A stretch of 64,000 nucleotides of DNA from Camelus dromedarius (taxonomy: Eukaryota): contig NC_087437.1 in NCBI RefSeq assembly GCF_036321535.1, positions 49,106,001 through 49,170,000 of the forward strand, read 5' to 3'. Positions 48,501-61,189 of the stretch are shown here, in pieces. A program made the position numbers and the translations under genes. Within the stretch, counting starts at the first letter, position 1. The number at the start of each line of letters is the position of its first letter. The notes beneath the pieces were generated by a model. The model saw nothing but the letters and a program-made list of their open reading frames with translations. It did not search any database and was not told where the DNA came from.

Positions 48501-51394
48501 CTCCTCTGTTCTCTTTCTCATTTTGGATTTTTCATTTGCTATTTTTAAAGGGAAACAGTGTTAGTAACCTTGGTTCACAGGGAAGAAAAGGGAATGTAAT
48601 GGTATATTCATATAAAACTCTTTGGAAAAAAGAGTACCTGAAAATTAACTTGGGTTTATGTTTGATTATTGTGCCTTTTGTGATTACTTACGATTAGGCT
48701 ACTGAAAAAAAAATTCTATAGTTGAAATAATAAGCTGGCATAATGTTTACTACTTAAAGATTTTTGAAAGGGTGATTTTGCCTTTGCCTATATCTTGAGG
48801 GCTAGCCTTTTGGAGTTCTTCTTAAATGTGTAGAGTTCCGCAGTGAAGCTCTTTCCCTCAATATGCTACCATTTATTCTTTCAAACACCGTTGTGAGAGT
48901 GACATGCAGCACTGTCCTAGGTGCTGAATGGGCTATCAGGAATTAGAAGAGCTGTAGGCTCAATATAAGACTAGGTGACCATGAGCAATAATTTTTATAT
49001 GTTTATGTGTGTACAGATAACAATTGTTCCAAAGAGTGTTCTGTGCCTCTGACAGTGGAATTTAGGATTGGCATACAAAACCACTCTAAAATTCCAGCTT
49101 TAAAAATTAAAGAAGATAAATATAAAACATGTACTAATTGACAATAGGCTGTAAAGCCCTATATTAATGCAAAGAACTATTATTATCTCAATTTCCAGGA
49201 TGATCCCCAGGAATAAAATGAGGATCTTTATAAGGTGTGAATGTTTTTGTTTTTTGCTTCTTTACTTTAATAGTAAAGAAGTTTACTCTGTTTTTACTGT
49301 AAACAGTAGCTTCCAAAAGAACAGAGCATTCAGCTTTTTCCAGATGGATTTCTTTTTTTGAAAGGTCTTCTGAGGAGTGTTAATTTGTTACTCACTCTTA
49401 TTTACAAAATGTGTTCTACTCTCTCTGTTGTCTAGGAATTCTGTCCTTTCAAGAATCTTGACTCTTGGTCATTTGGATTTTCCTGAATGGCGGGAAGTAG
49501 GAGGTAGCATTTACCTGTAGAGGGTGGGAAGGAGAGAGTCCCTGATGCCACTCAAGGAGAATAATAGTACTGGGCATTCCCCAGCATTTTTCATGGTCAA
49601 GGTCTAATATAGATGAATGGCTTTACCCTTTGGGAAATGAGGATACAATAGAAGAATTGCCAGCAGGAATATATATCTTGGGTGGGTCTTGATCACAGAG
49701 GCCATGAAGGTCCAAAAGGTGCAAATGGAAAATTGAAATGTGTGTTAAATTCTTCTGCAGGCTGTAATGGAAAAGGGGAAATTACCTAAGTCCCCCTTGA
49801 GAGTAAGTGTCTCCCTCACTCTGTGTGGATATTTAGGGAGTATTGCAAGCTGTGAACTTCTCTGAGCGCATCTTGTCTCTTGCTTTTTCCTGGCTGAGCC
49901 CTTCCCTCTGTTGCTCTGTTCCTCCAGCTGCTTCTGTAAACTCTCCTCTGTGGCATCGCATCCCCCACGGCTGCTCAAATGTGATTCCCCCGAGCCTCTC
50001 TTCCTCTCCAGCTGCATCTGTTCACCTCCCCTGCTGATCGATCCACTTCTTTAGCTCAGGGACAGTGAGAGGAAATGATTCCAGCAGCTAAACAGCTTTT
50101 ATGCAGAGAGAATATTTAAATATTCTCAGTTTGCTTGATTCCCCTTCACCTCATGCTATGATCAGAGGTTAATGGAGACAGTTTGGGGCTTCTCTCTGTT
50201 GGTACAGACCGGAAGACTTTCAGAATTGAAGGCCAAGATCTTGTCATTACCTTTCTCCAATTCACCCCCAAACATATATATTCATTTAAGAGAATAGAAT
50301 TATTTTTCTTTGTCAAAATCCTTCTTTTTACATAGTGGTCCCACACTCCATTTTCACCCTAAATCTGGGTGGGATGCCATCCAAGTCAGAAGCTGTCACT
50401 AGTATTTATTGTTTCTAGTGGATAGAGTTAAAAATGAGTTTTGAATTCTAAATGTTTATATCACTTAAAATTAACTTCTGATATGTAAAGTGTATTTTTA
50501 CAGTGGTACTTAGAGGATATTAAAAAAAATTTTTTTTTGTTTTCTTTGGAATAAGTTTATTTTTGCAAATTTAAACTATGAGACATTGTACAAAGTAACC
50601 TGCCAGGCAGGCTTGTCCTGAGTACTAAATAGGGATAGCCTAGCATAGTGCCTGACCCATAATGCCCAGTGAACACTAATTTACACATAGGGATATGTGT
50701 ACATATACAGATGCATATATATCCTCCACACATCTGTCCAATATACATGTTTATTTTTTAATTGATTGTATGGGATCTCCCTATGTTGTAATGACAGTTT
50801 CCTTTTCTATTTCTTTATTCTTAGACATTTATCTTATTTCCATTTTCCTTTATCTCCCTCCCTTTCCTTCCCTGTTTTCTTCCTTCCTTCCACTCTCTTT
50901 TCACTTAAAAATTTTCTTCTCCTTCTTTTCTTTTTCCAACCTTTCTTCCTTTATTTTTTACTTTGTCTTGTTACTGTGAGAGATACTGAGAAGAACACCT
51001 TGTGTATATTAATCTTTTCGGTGTCTTCATTGTGATATAATCTCCCCAAATTCAATTCCTAGATCAAGGATCTAAACAATGCTTGTCTAGATTGCTTTTC
51101 TCCAAAGTTGAACCACATTCTCACATTACTGTACACTCTTGTATATGCCAGGTTCTCCACAGTCCTGCCAATACTGGGTTTTCTTTCTTTTTGCATATTC
51201 AGTAAGTTTTAAATGGTACTTTCAAAAGGTCTTTTGTTCTGTTAACAGGGTTATAATTTTCCATTTGATAATTTTATATTTAAATTTTCTTATATGTAAA
51301 CTATCTTGATACTTATACTTCTGATTCAGCAAAATCTGGGTAATTATGTAATATATTCCTTTCAAAGTATTACATATTTTGAGTAGTAACCCAA

Positions 51395-51645
51395 CCAGGA
51401 AATATTGAGTGTCTATTTTGTGCTAGGCATTGTTCTAGGAACAATAGGGAACTGGGATACAATAGTAAATGACATTGCCTCTGGCTACCAGGAGGTTTAA
51501 GAAATTTATCTAATAAAAGGTGCCAAGTATACAAACAAAGTGCATCATAGTGTAGCAGGTATTATGATGAAATACATGAAGGGTTCAGTGAAGTCTCATA
51601 GAAAATGGAATGATTAATCAAACCAGGGATTAAAGAAAGTTTTTA
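51395..51645 (-). mobile_element. L2 3' fragment
   Basis: TATTGAGTGTCTATTTTGTGCTAGGCATTGTTCTAGG...GGGATACAATAGTAAA. Confidence 0.75.
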
Positions 51646-52419
51646 TCATGAAGAAACTTTTACCAGTTCCATTTGTCATTTTTTTTTTTTTTTATTTTCT
51701 TAGATCTGTGTCTCTGTTGGTTGTTCACCAAAGCAATTCCTTTGCTTTCCATTTACCTGGTAATACCACCAGCTCTTATGACTCAGTGATATACATATAA
51801 TACCATACATGTGTGCAACACAACACATGTTAGCATCATATACTTTTTAGGGTTTAAGGTGAAAGTAGAATATGATTAATGCTGAAAGGAACATATTTAC
51901 TCATGGCTTTATTTATTTATTTGAATGCCCGATTAGTGGTCATGCACAGTCTCGGGTTTGAGGTTGATTATCTCAAACCTACCCGCCACGGGACTCTTAG
52001 ATACTCCTACCAGGAGGTCCATGGGATGACCTCATGGGAGGGTGTCTTAGGGAGCATAGTGGACTCTGAAATGTGTCTCCCTCCAATCCGCCACTCCTGA
52101 GGACTCAAACAACTGCACAAACTCTGGTATAAAATATTCAGCCCTTTCTGAATGGTAGTAATGCCAAAACATCCTGAGTTACAGAGAACAGAGTTTATCT
52201 ACTTTTGTTTTCTCCTGGCTTTAACAGATCATTTTTTGGGTGGATCTATCATAGGTACTCAAAAACGGCTTCAACACTTTGTCAAACTGGTTGGGTTTAG
52301 CATTTTTTAAAAAGAGCCTGTGTGAAAACGTCCTTTTTTTTCACCTTTGGAGACCTACATTCACTTCCCATCTTACTATTTCTCTTCTTTTCATACTTAC
52401 TTTTCTCAAACATGGTTAT

Positions 52420-52533
52420 GTTAGTCCATGAGCTGCTTGAGGGCAGGGGTTCTGTTCTGTCTTTGTATCCCACACACATAGCACTAGGGCTGGCTCACAG
52501 GGGGCCCTCAATAAAGCTTTCTGTATGAATGAA
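52420..52533 (+). mobile_element. L2 3' terminus
   Basis: TGAGCTGCTTGAGGGCAGGG...TTTGTATCCC...CTCAATAAA...TGAATGAA. Confidence 0.85.
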
Positions 52534-52684
52534 ACATGCCTTCCTTATCTTTGGGATTACCCTAGATATTGCTCTTCTTTTTCTTAATGTCCAATAATAG
52601 TAACATGTCTCTATGTACCCAAATTTCCAACTCCTAACCCAACTCCATGCAAGAGAATTGCTTCGACTCCAAGTGTTTGTATGT

Positions 52685-52698
52685 CCACTAGAGGGCAC
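52685..52698 (+). promoter_or_regulatory. Candidate CTCF binding site
   Basis: CCACTAGAGGGCAC matches the core consensus CCASYAGRKGGCRS at all 14 positions and lies in unique-looking sequence. Confidence 0.5.
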
Positions 52699-55600
52699 TG
52701 TTTTGTCAGAGGCTGTTCCAGCCTTTCTTCAATACCAGGAGAGATACTTTAACTTTGTGATCCATCCCAGTTTCAAGTTCCTTCTACCCTTGTTAGTGAA
52801 TGACTCTGAGCTTTCCATCATAACTACACTTGCAAAATAGAAGCATGATAGTAAATTGTGATTAAAAAACAATTGTAATATGGTTAGATATTAGCTAATA
52901 TTACTCATGGATGTGATAAATATGTATTTAATAACAGAAGGGCATATACTGAATAAGAATGCTCATATACCTTAAGGTCATGCCTCTGTTCTTAATTATT
53001 TTTTTCAGATTTACTTCTGACCAAAACTAGAAAGGAAGTGAAGTTTTCATTTGGTCTCCAATTTCATGTTTGCATTTACATAATAAAAGCATTATATCAT
53101 GACAAGAAATTCCAAGCTAAACACATTATATCCAGATTCCAAAGGTAACTTCAGTGGAAATTTGTTTTGATGGAATGACTATCAAGTCTGCTGCTATTTT
53201 TTTAGCTATAAAATTTACATTTTATGAAAAGTTTTTTCTTCACTCACTTCTCATCCCACAGAACTGTCTTTAGGCAGAATCCAGTGAGTTTCCTCGGCTT
53301 TAATATCAAACAGTTCAAGTTTGCAAATATTTCCAACTTACACGTGAATCAACACAGGGGATATGTGAGAAGACAAAGCTGCTTGCACTGTCAGCTAGCT
53401 TCCAAACACATCATTAACCCAGTGGTGACTCGCGAGGCCCCACTGGAGCTGTCTAAGGAGGCTGCAAAAGAGGGAGAAGCCAACAGGGAAGGTATCTTTC
53501 CCAAGTGTAAAATCTTAACTTGGAATCCTATCATAGAATTGGGAAACAGTAGGGCCCAGTCCCCTATCAAATATTAGGGACAGACATAAGTAAGAACTCT
53601 TGGGGTCTTCTCATGAGAATCTATAATAATCTGCCAGTAAATTCTCTTTTAAATTACACTTAAAGACTTAAAAAAATAAAAGTGGGCATTTTTTGGTGCC
53701 AGGCTGAAAAGTCATTTGTGAAGTGCTTAATTAAGCTTACTCTGATTAAAAATGTAGGCTTAAGTATCTGTTGATTTTGTGACAGGCTGTAGATGTTAAT
53801 TGTCTTGATTGGTTTTATTTTGTATTCCTAGGACAACAGGATTATATATGCATAACTGCGGCTGGGGAAAAGGAACAAAAATACAATTTAAATAAAAAGA
53901 AACATCTATTTCTTAAGTTAGCCAGATGTTACCAAACCACATATATAGGAAGCATTAAGCCTGAGAGAAAAATTTGAAAGATCTAGAAAAGAAAGAAAAT
54001 GAAGTTCTGTTCCCTCAGAATTTATATCCAGAAGAAATGGATGATAGGTTTTTTTAATGAACTTTATTTGAAATCTAGCTTCCTACTCAATAATCCCACC
54101 ATTTGGACATTTGTAAATGACACTATTCCTCTTAAATATTATACTTCTTTTCTGGAAGGCTTTATGACTTTTAATGAGAGGCGAAACCATTTCTTTCCAC
54201 CTATTTGATGTAGCAGATTATTTATGGAGCCAACATGTTGACACACTAGAAACTGTAAAAAATGAGGCCTAATAAGGTTAATTGTCATCTGAACCTTCCT
54301 CTGTAGGCTGCAATCTGTGGGCTTTGATTGTTTCTCTGGGGGAAACTCTGCCCAGATGGTGAAGTCCTCAAGGCCCTGACCCACAAGACGCCTGCAGAGA
54401 TGGAGAACAAGGTGCTTCTCCACAGACTAATTAATTTACTAGTATAGCACCTGTTCCAGAATAGATAGGGCTGGAAGCGAAAGCAGTCCCTGGGCACAGT
54501 GGCAAGCTCGCGGGTAAATGGATTTCAGCTGATTATATTAAGCTGATGCTTTGATCATCTAAAGGCGTTAAAATGGAAATATGTTTTTTCTGGCTGTTGG
54601 CCTCCATGAGTGTGGTTTGTATTATTATTATTATAAATGTTCAGTAGTAGGAAAGGCTGTTTTAGATTTCAGCATGTCCCACTTAAAAAATGCACAGTAC
54701 ATTTGTCTATTTCTTTTTCCAGTTTTAGAAATGCATGTTGTCATATAGCTGCACCTTTTAAACAATTCTGCTTTCTTGTTTCCCTTTTATTCCAGCCAAA
54801 TTACTAGCTGGAAATCAAACACCAGCACAGATTCCTTTTAGCTGGAACGTTTTATTATGTACTCACACCTTTAATTCAGTGTGTGTAATTAGGCTTTAAT
54901 CAGCTGAACACTATTTGTGAAAAAATATCAGACACTTCTTTAAGTGAAATTCTGGTAAAGTCATGCTATTAAGCTTTGGTGACTAGTTACTGGCATGAAT
55001 AAATCCTTGAGTAAACAAGGCTTGGTAGTAAATGGATTTATAATGTGAGTCTTTCTGCACTCAATTTCACTTTATTGCCTCTTTGATTCCCAAAAGGATT
55101 AGAAGTAATTTTTCCAGTCCTTTAGATGCCATAAAACTGTTTCCCTTTCCAAATTAACACTATGATCTTCCATGTAATGTGTTTGGCAAACATGAGGAAT
55201 TTATAAGGCCACCAGTCTGATGATGCTGCACAGTAACGGAGACACAACTATGATGCCTTAGATGTCATGGCCTTACGGTGGGCAGCTTTCACCAAGGATT
55301 AGAAAGATGAGTTCTTTAAAAATAGAAAAATATTCTTGGTCATAGGGAAGACAGCTTAAAGAATGCTAATTATTTGGTAAGTTCAATGATTTGAACTGTC
55401 TCTGTTACCATTATGTGTTGAATTCTGACATGGCAACAGTGGAGTGCTAGTAACATTACATGATGGGTAAACTTGGGTCATTTTTGAAGGAAGATATCAC
55501 ACGGAATGTGAAAATGGAGCAAGCACACAAATTTAGCATGTTATCTTAGGGCTTATTTCCAGATGGTCCTCTCGCGTTGTGTCCTTAAAATTTTTGGAAC

Positions 55601-55699
55601 TGTGTTTTGTGGGAGAAATTGAAATTTTCATGGCTGCTTTTTCTTGGTTTTCTCTTCCAAAACCCCAAAAGCATCTTTAAAATATTTGTTTTAGTGGAT

Positions 55700-56300
55700 T
55701 ATTTTAATATACATTCTTTTTGAAAAATAAAAATGTCCAAAAATGGACAGTGAAAATAATTCCCTGTTCCACTCCTGCCCTGATCCCTCCCTTCAGGTCG
55801 TCTCAGTGACCAGTTGTCTTTGTGGCCCTCCAGGTGTATTTTAGGGGTGCTTGGCATAAACCAGAGGACATTTGGGTTGTTTCCAGGAACTTGCTTCTAG
55901 AATTGCTGCTGTAATATGCCTGAACGTGTAACTCTGGGCCAAATGCACCTGTAGTCTATACTTCTAGAAGTATAATTACTGGGTCATAGATTGCATTCAT
56001 TTTGAATTTGGTTAAACGTAAAGCTGTGCTCCCAATGTGATGTATGAAGGCAACTTCTTCCCTATAACTGGCTTTGCTTTTTTCCCCAACCTGAAATTTA
56101 AGTATTGTATCTTATTTTAATTTGCATTTCTTTAATTATGACTGGGGTTGAGTATCTTTTCAGATGATTAAAAACCACTTCATTTTCTTTCGATGTGAAC
56201 AGCCTGTTCATGTCCTTTGCCAGTCTTTCTATTTGGCCATCAGTGTTATTCTTGTGGGATTGAAGAGCTCTCTATGGAATAAGGAAATCAATCGTCTGTC
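55700..56300 (-). mobile_element. Ancient L1 (L1ME-like)
   Basis: GGACATTTGGGTTGTTTCCAG, TTCTAGAAGTATAATTACTGGGTCATAG, TTTTAATTTGCATTTCTTTAATTATG, CCTGTTCATGTCCTTTGCC. Confidence 0.85.
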
Positions 56301-57004
56301 TGCCAACGCGCAGCATTTGTCATTTCAGTGGCATTTCCCCTCATATCTGTCGTCTCTCATTTACCATGCCTTCCATTCCTCCTCTTTTATCATCGGTAGT
56401 CTGGATTTAGAGCTGCTTAGTAACTCCTGGAAACTAGAAATGATCATGTCATGGGAAAGGGGTTAATTTAGGTGGTTTTCTAACTTTGACTTTTGATGAA
56501 GTAGGAGGAGAAGGACTGAAAGAGCAAAATTAAAAAGAGGGTGAAGTGACTTTAGTGATTTGAAAGAGGGGCTTTTATACTGACAAGACCTTGAAAAAAA
56601 TAATGTTTGTACAAAAAAAGCAATTTATTTTACCCGTAATTTCCTGCTTTCTTTTGCCATTATTACGGGTATTTGTGTTAGAGTAAGAATTCTCTTCCTA
56701 GATGCTTCGGCCATAAAGTCAAATTTCTGTGTTTTGGACATCATAATTTGGGGTGATGAAATGCAAGTGATTGTAGGGCCACAAATTCAGTACAATGACC
56801 TTGATCCTGGATGAAGTGGATGGGGGAGAGCAAGGACAGCAGGACTGACAGCTCTTGTTTAAGCACATGTAACTTTTTATGTTCAGCTCCATGTTGATGA
56901 CAAAGTAAATATGGAGACAGGTTTTAGACATTTATGGTTTTATATCAAAATAAAATTTATTTATTTTTGTCCTGATGTCCTGATATTATCACTGTTACCT
57001 TCAG

Positions 57005-57205
57005 AGTGATGGTTAAAAGCCTGGGCTTTGGAATCCAAAAGCTTGGGTTCAAATTTTGGGTCTTTCATTTCTTAGTTGCATGACCTTGGTTAAATTCTCA
57101 TCTGTGAAATAGAGATAATGAAAGAAATGACTTTATAGATTATTTTAACAGTAAAATGAGATAATACACGTTCCTGGTATAAACTCCATCAATGTCAGTT
57201 CTTAC
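57005..57205 (+). mobile_element. MIR
   Basis: ATGGTTAAAAGCCTGGGCTTTGGAATC...TGGGTTCAAAT...TGACCTTGG...CTCATCTGTGAAATAGAGATAAT. Confidence 0.88.
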
Positions 57206-58309
57206 TTTTAGCTTTATTCATTACCAGAGAGTACTTGTAAATTATTATCTAAACTGTGTGATACTCAACCTGATTTAAAGTAAGTGAATGGACATCTGTG
57301 AAAGCTTCTTACATGTGCTAAAATATGTTGCAGCCTTCATTACCACATCTGAGTGCTTTCTTGATAAAGTTATTTCATGATATCTTTCTTTGGAATTCTT
57401 ATCCAAACTTGGTTTAAAGGTGAAAGTGTGATACTGTAGTGGTGTATTCAAAATGAAATTAATCCTGGCAAGGGGTCTCACGTACACTTCATTAGTCTTA
57501 CAGTGAATATTGGCTAGCTTCCTCCACCTCAGTCCCCATTGCATCCATGTGTTTGCTCATGCTGTTCCTTCTGTTTGAAATGCTATTCCTGCCTTTACCA
57601 TTCATGTAGAAATATATACATTCCTCTATTTGTCAATGAAATTGGTAGCTAATTTTTATCCTAAGTTACTTCTGTTGATGAACAAGAATAATGCGAAGGA
57701 ACAGTATAAATTGAATACGACTATCTAGTATTATAAGGGAGACAAGAGTGCTTATTTATTAGTTTTATGTGAGTGACTTTCAATCACTCCAGTCAACATT
57801 TCTGATATGAATATTTCACATCAAATGACTGTTATTGTGTTGGTCAGTTTTGTAAATCAGAACCTGTTTGCAGAACACTATTGGGTCAATATATCTTATC
57901 ATAATATTTGTCAGTACTGAAGGTTTTACAAATTAGTTATTGTGACTAGTCTTCTGTTACCATGAATTTACTGATTAGCTAAGTTATTTACTTTATGTGA
58001 TTTCATATAGCACAGCACCAGTGTTCCATGACTAAGAGTAAGTACATGGATTCTTGGTATTAAAAATAACTACCACCCATTGTTCTTTTTTATTCTGTCT
58101 CTACATGCCCAGAAAATGCCCAGTGGAAAAGATTATAAAGTAGTCACTTAGGAAATTAATTAGTAATATTTACAGGCAAGATCCTACATCAGATCTACTC
58201 AATTTATGACAGTTCCTTCATGAGTAATTGCAGCTTCATCAGAGGAAGATCACTGGAATTGTAGTTCCTAACTATAGTTTTCTTCCCAGAGAAACAAAGG
58301 AAAATAATG

Positions 58310-61085
58310 ATCAAATACAATTTCTATCTATCAAATAGGAAAGTGTTCCAAAAAAAATTGTCAGTTCTTTAGAATGTGATGATATGAGTACCCTCAATGA
58401 ATGGCTGCTGAGGCTGTGCATTGGTACAACTTTCCTGGAAAGTAATTTGGCAATGCATATCAAGAAGCTTAAAATGGCCCTCTTGGCAAAATGGTTAATG
58501 GAGCACATGCATCTTAGCTTCCCTTCTTTGTAGAGTCCCATTATGTCACCAATGAAATATAAAAATAGGTAAATATCGAGACTATACTGCTATTATAACT
58601 ACTACTATTACTACTAGTAATACTGTGAACCCAGAATCCCAGATAACAATGAAAGTTGGGAAATGGGTGAGAGAAGGACAAGGAAGAAGTAAAATGTGTT
58701 ATTTCTCATCTAATTCAGGAGTCATTAGATGCTGTTTCATTATGTGGAAAATTGTGTGTGTTATGTGTGTGTATGTATTAAATGTAAAGGTAATCACTGG
58801 AAAAATAAAATCAGAATAGATTGCCAGAGAATAAATATAGGACATAGCAAGTATGGTTCGAGATGCAAAAAATTAAAAAATAAGAGAGTAAAGAATAAAG
58901 AAAATAATATAATAGAGAAAATAATAAAGCAGGTAACATTTCAAACTGAAATTCAGTGATGTGGGCCACATAAAAATAAGACAAGTTAAATTTTATTATC
59001 TAATTTTTAAATTTTAACTGGTGGCTATAAAAAGGGATGCAGTATGGCAACCAGGGCAGTGGAAGGATTCACTCTCAATGTCCACAGGCATGGCATGGCT
59101 GTCACACCTGGCCAAGACCTCTGCTTGTAAGTAACCCCAGTTACCCAGTTACCCAGAAAGAACCCACCAGAATGAGTGGGTTCATACCTTACAGTCTAGA
59201 GAGACTTCGAATTAAGTACCCCAGTTAATTGTCATGGAAATTATCTTCAGTAGGTATGCGTGTTTCAACCCCAGGAAAATGTAAAATATGAAAAGGTGAA
59301 AACAAATATATGTATGTGTATGTGTATATATATATATATATATGACTGGGACATTATGCTGTACACCAGAAATTGACACATTATAACTGACTATACTTCA
59401 ATTAAAAAAAAATATGAAGAGGTGAAGAGAATCAAAACTATATATATAAATATTTTTGTGTTAAGAAGGCACATGCACATACTTAATATCTCATGTATTT
59501 GGAGTGTTGAAATTAATTTGGTCTGTTAGAGTCTATTTGTTCAAAATTGATTAATTTGGTCTATTATAGCTTTGTAACTCCAAATTAAATGTGCCAAATT
59601 ATCAATTTGATATGTTAAATTGAGGAAGTGATTTAGATTTGTATTTTAAATTGAAATTACTAAAGTTTAAGCATAACTAAAATAACAATTATATTTATAA
59701 ATGTAAACAATGAATTTTTTATTTATGCACCTAGGAAGATTGTTAATTCAGACAACTGAAGTACCTAAAATATATATCTGTATGTTAAATGTCTAAATAC
59801 AGTTTAAAATGTTTGAAGGTGTTTAATTATCTGTAAACATGATTAAACATTACCAAAAGTCCCTTAGAAATGATTGCTGAAATCTGCCAAACTTACAAAT
59901 AGAATTATAAATTTCTTAAGCTCAAGTTTAAAAATAAGGAAAAGCTAGATTTAAAAAAAATTGTACCTTATTTCATTGAATACGTAAAATTTCTATTTTA
60001 AAATAAAAAAGAAACCCAATAGACATTTCTTTATTCAAAAGCCACCTTCAAGGATGAAAACAACAACAAAAATCTCACATCAGTGGATAAATGTAAGAAC
60101 ATGAGTGGCAATATTAATATTAGAAAATATAAAATTTAAGGCAAGAAGCATCAAGGGTGACAAAAGAGATTAGCTTTTATTAATAAAAAGTCTACAGTGA
60201 GGATAAAGTCACAAACTATTATGTACAAATAACAGCACTGAGATTTTTTATTAAACAAAAATTTACAGATATATAAGAAAACTCACAGAGATATAAGGGT
60301 AGAAGACTTTACATACTACTAGCAAAAGATACCTTAAAACCCTAAAATAAATTGATATTTTTTATCCTGAATTTTCACTTCTAGGAACCTATCCTTATAG
60401 ATATAATCGGAAATACACACAAAACTTTTATGTGTAAGAATAGTAATTAAGTGTTAGTTATAACAGTGAAAAAATAATTATTTCAATGTCTAATAATTAG
60501 GAAATAATCAAATCAAGGTTCATAATTGAAAGGATCTATAAACACCTGAAATTACATACTAAATTTGGTGGCCTGTCCATAACTTTTATCAGCTTCTCAA
60601 AGTGCCTCATGTCCTCATAAGAGTATGAATAACTAAATAAAAATTTGAGTGTCTATAGACTGTGAATAACACAGACACTAAAAGGTTTCCAAATAGTTTT
60701 AATTCCAAATAAAATTAATTTTAAATAATTTTAAGAATAAGCATAGCAAAATGCTTGTTATGTGCTGTGAAAATCAGAAAAAAACTATATATTTGACAAC
60801 TGAATAAAGCACATAGAGTACACATCCATAGAAAGAAATATCTATGTAGAAGCTTAAAAAGGCAGAAATTTGGAATTTTCTTTACTGCCTTAGACTTAGC
60901 ATCTAGAGTGGTATCTGGCATGTAGTAGGTACTCAATAAACATTTCTTGAATGATTAAATGGAAATTTACCCAAGTGTTAATAATGATGGTCTCTAAGTG
61001 GTAGGATTATCTTTATCCTGCAATTTTCTAATATTTTTCACTATGTACATTTATTTTATTTAGAATGACAAAAATAATCTTTTAA
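58310..61085 (+). mobile_element. Ancient L1 mosaic: an L1ME-like 3' region split by another old L1 segment
   Basis: ATTGGTACAACTTTCCTGGAAAGTAATTTGGCAAT (58421-58455) resumes as CACTTCTAGGAACCTATCCT (~60375). EN-like GTGGCAATATTAATATTAGAAAATATAAAATTTAAGGCAA at ~60105. Confidence 0.65.
59301..59408 (+). mobile_element. Short younger L1 3' tag with TSD
   Basis: TGACTGGGACATTATGCTGTACACCAGAAATTGACACATTATAACTGACTATACTTCAATT plus an A-tail. 18-bp TSD AAAATATGAA(A/G)AGGTGAA at 59283-59300 and 59409-59426. Confidence 0.9.
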
Positions 61086-61189
61086 AAACTGGGTCAGGAA
61101 TTCCCCTATTACCAATCTTTATACTAAGGAGAAACTATTCTTTTCTTCCTCTAAGACTTCTTTTCCCAAGAGGGGGCAACTGTGGGGTA

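Noticed and set aside
54307..54447. Protein-like frames after CCTCTGTAG (for example GKLCPDGEVLKALTHKTPAEMENK)
   Set aside because: That frame is closed by an upstream stop, the donors are weak and I recognise no homologue. I treated it as non-coding.
55210..55320. C/D-box snoRNA (TGATGA at ~55218)
   Set aside because: No CTGA D box at a suitable distance and no terminal stem.
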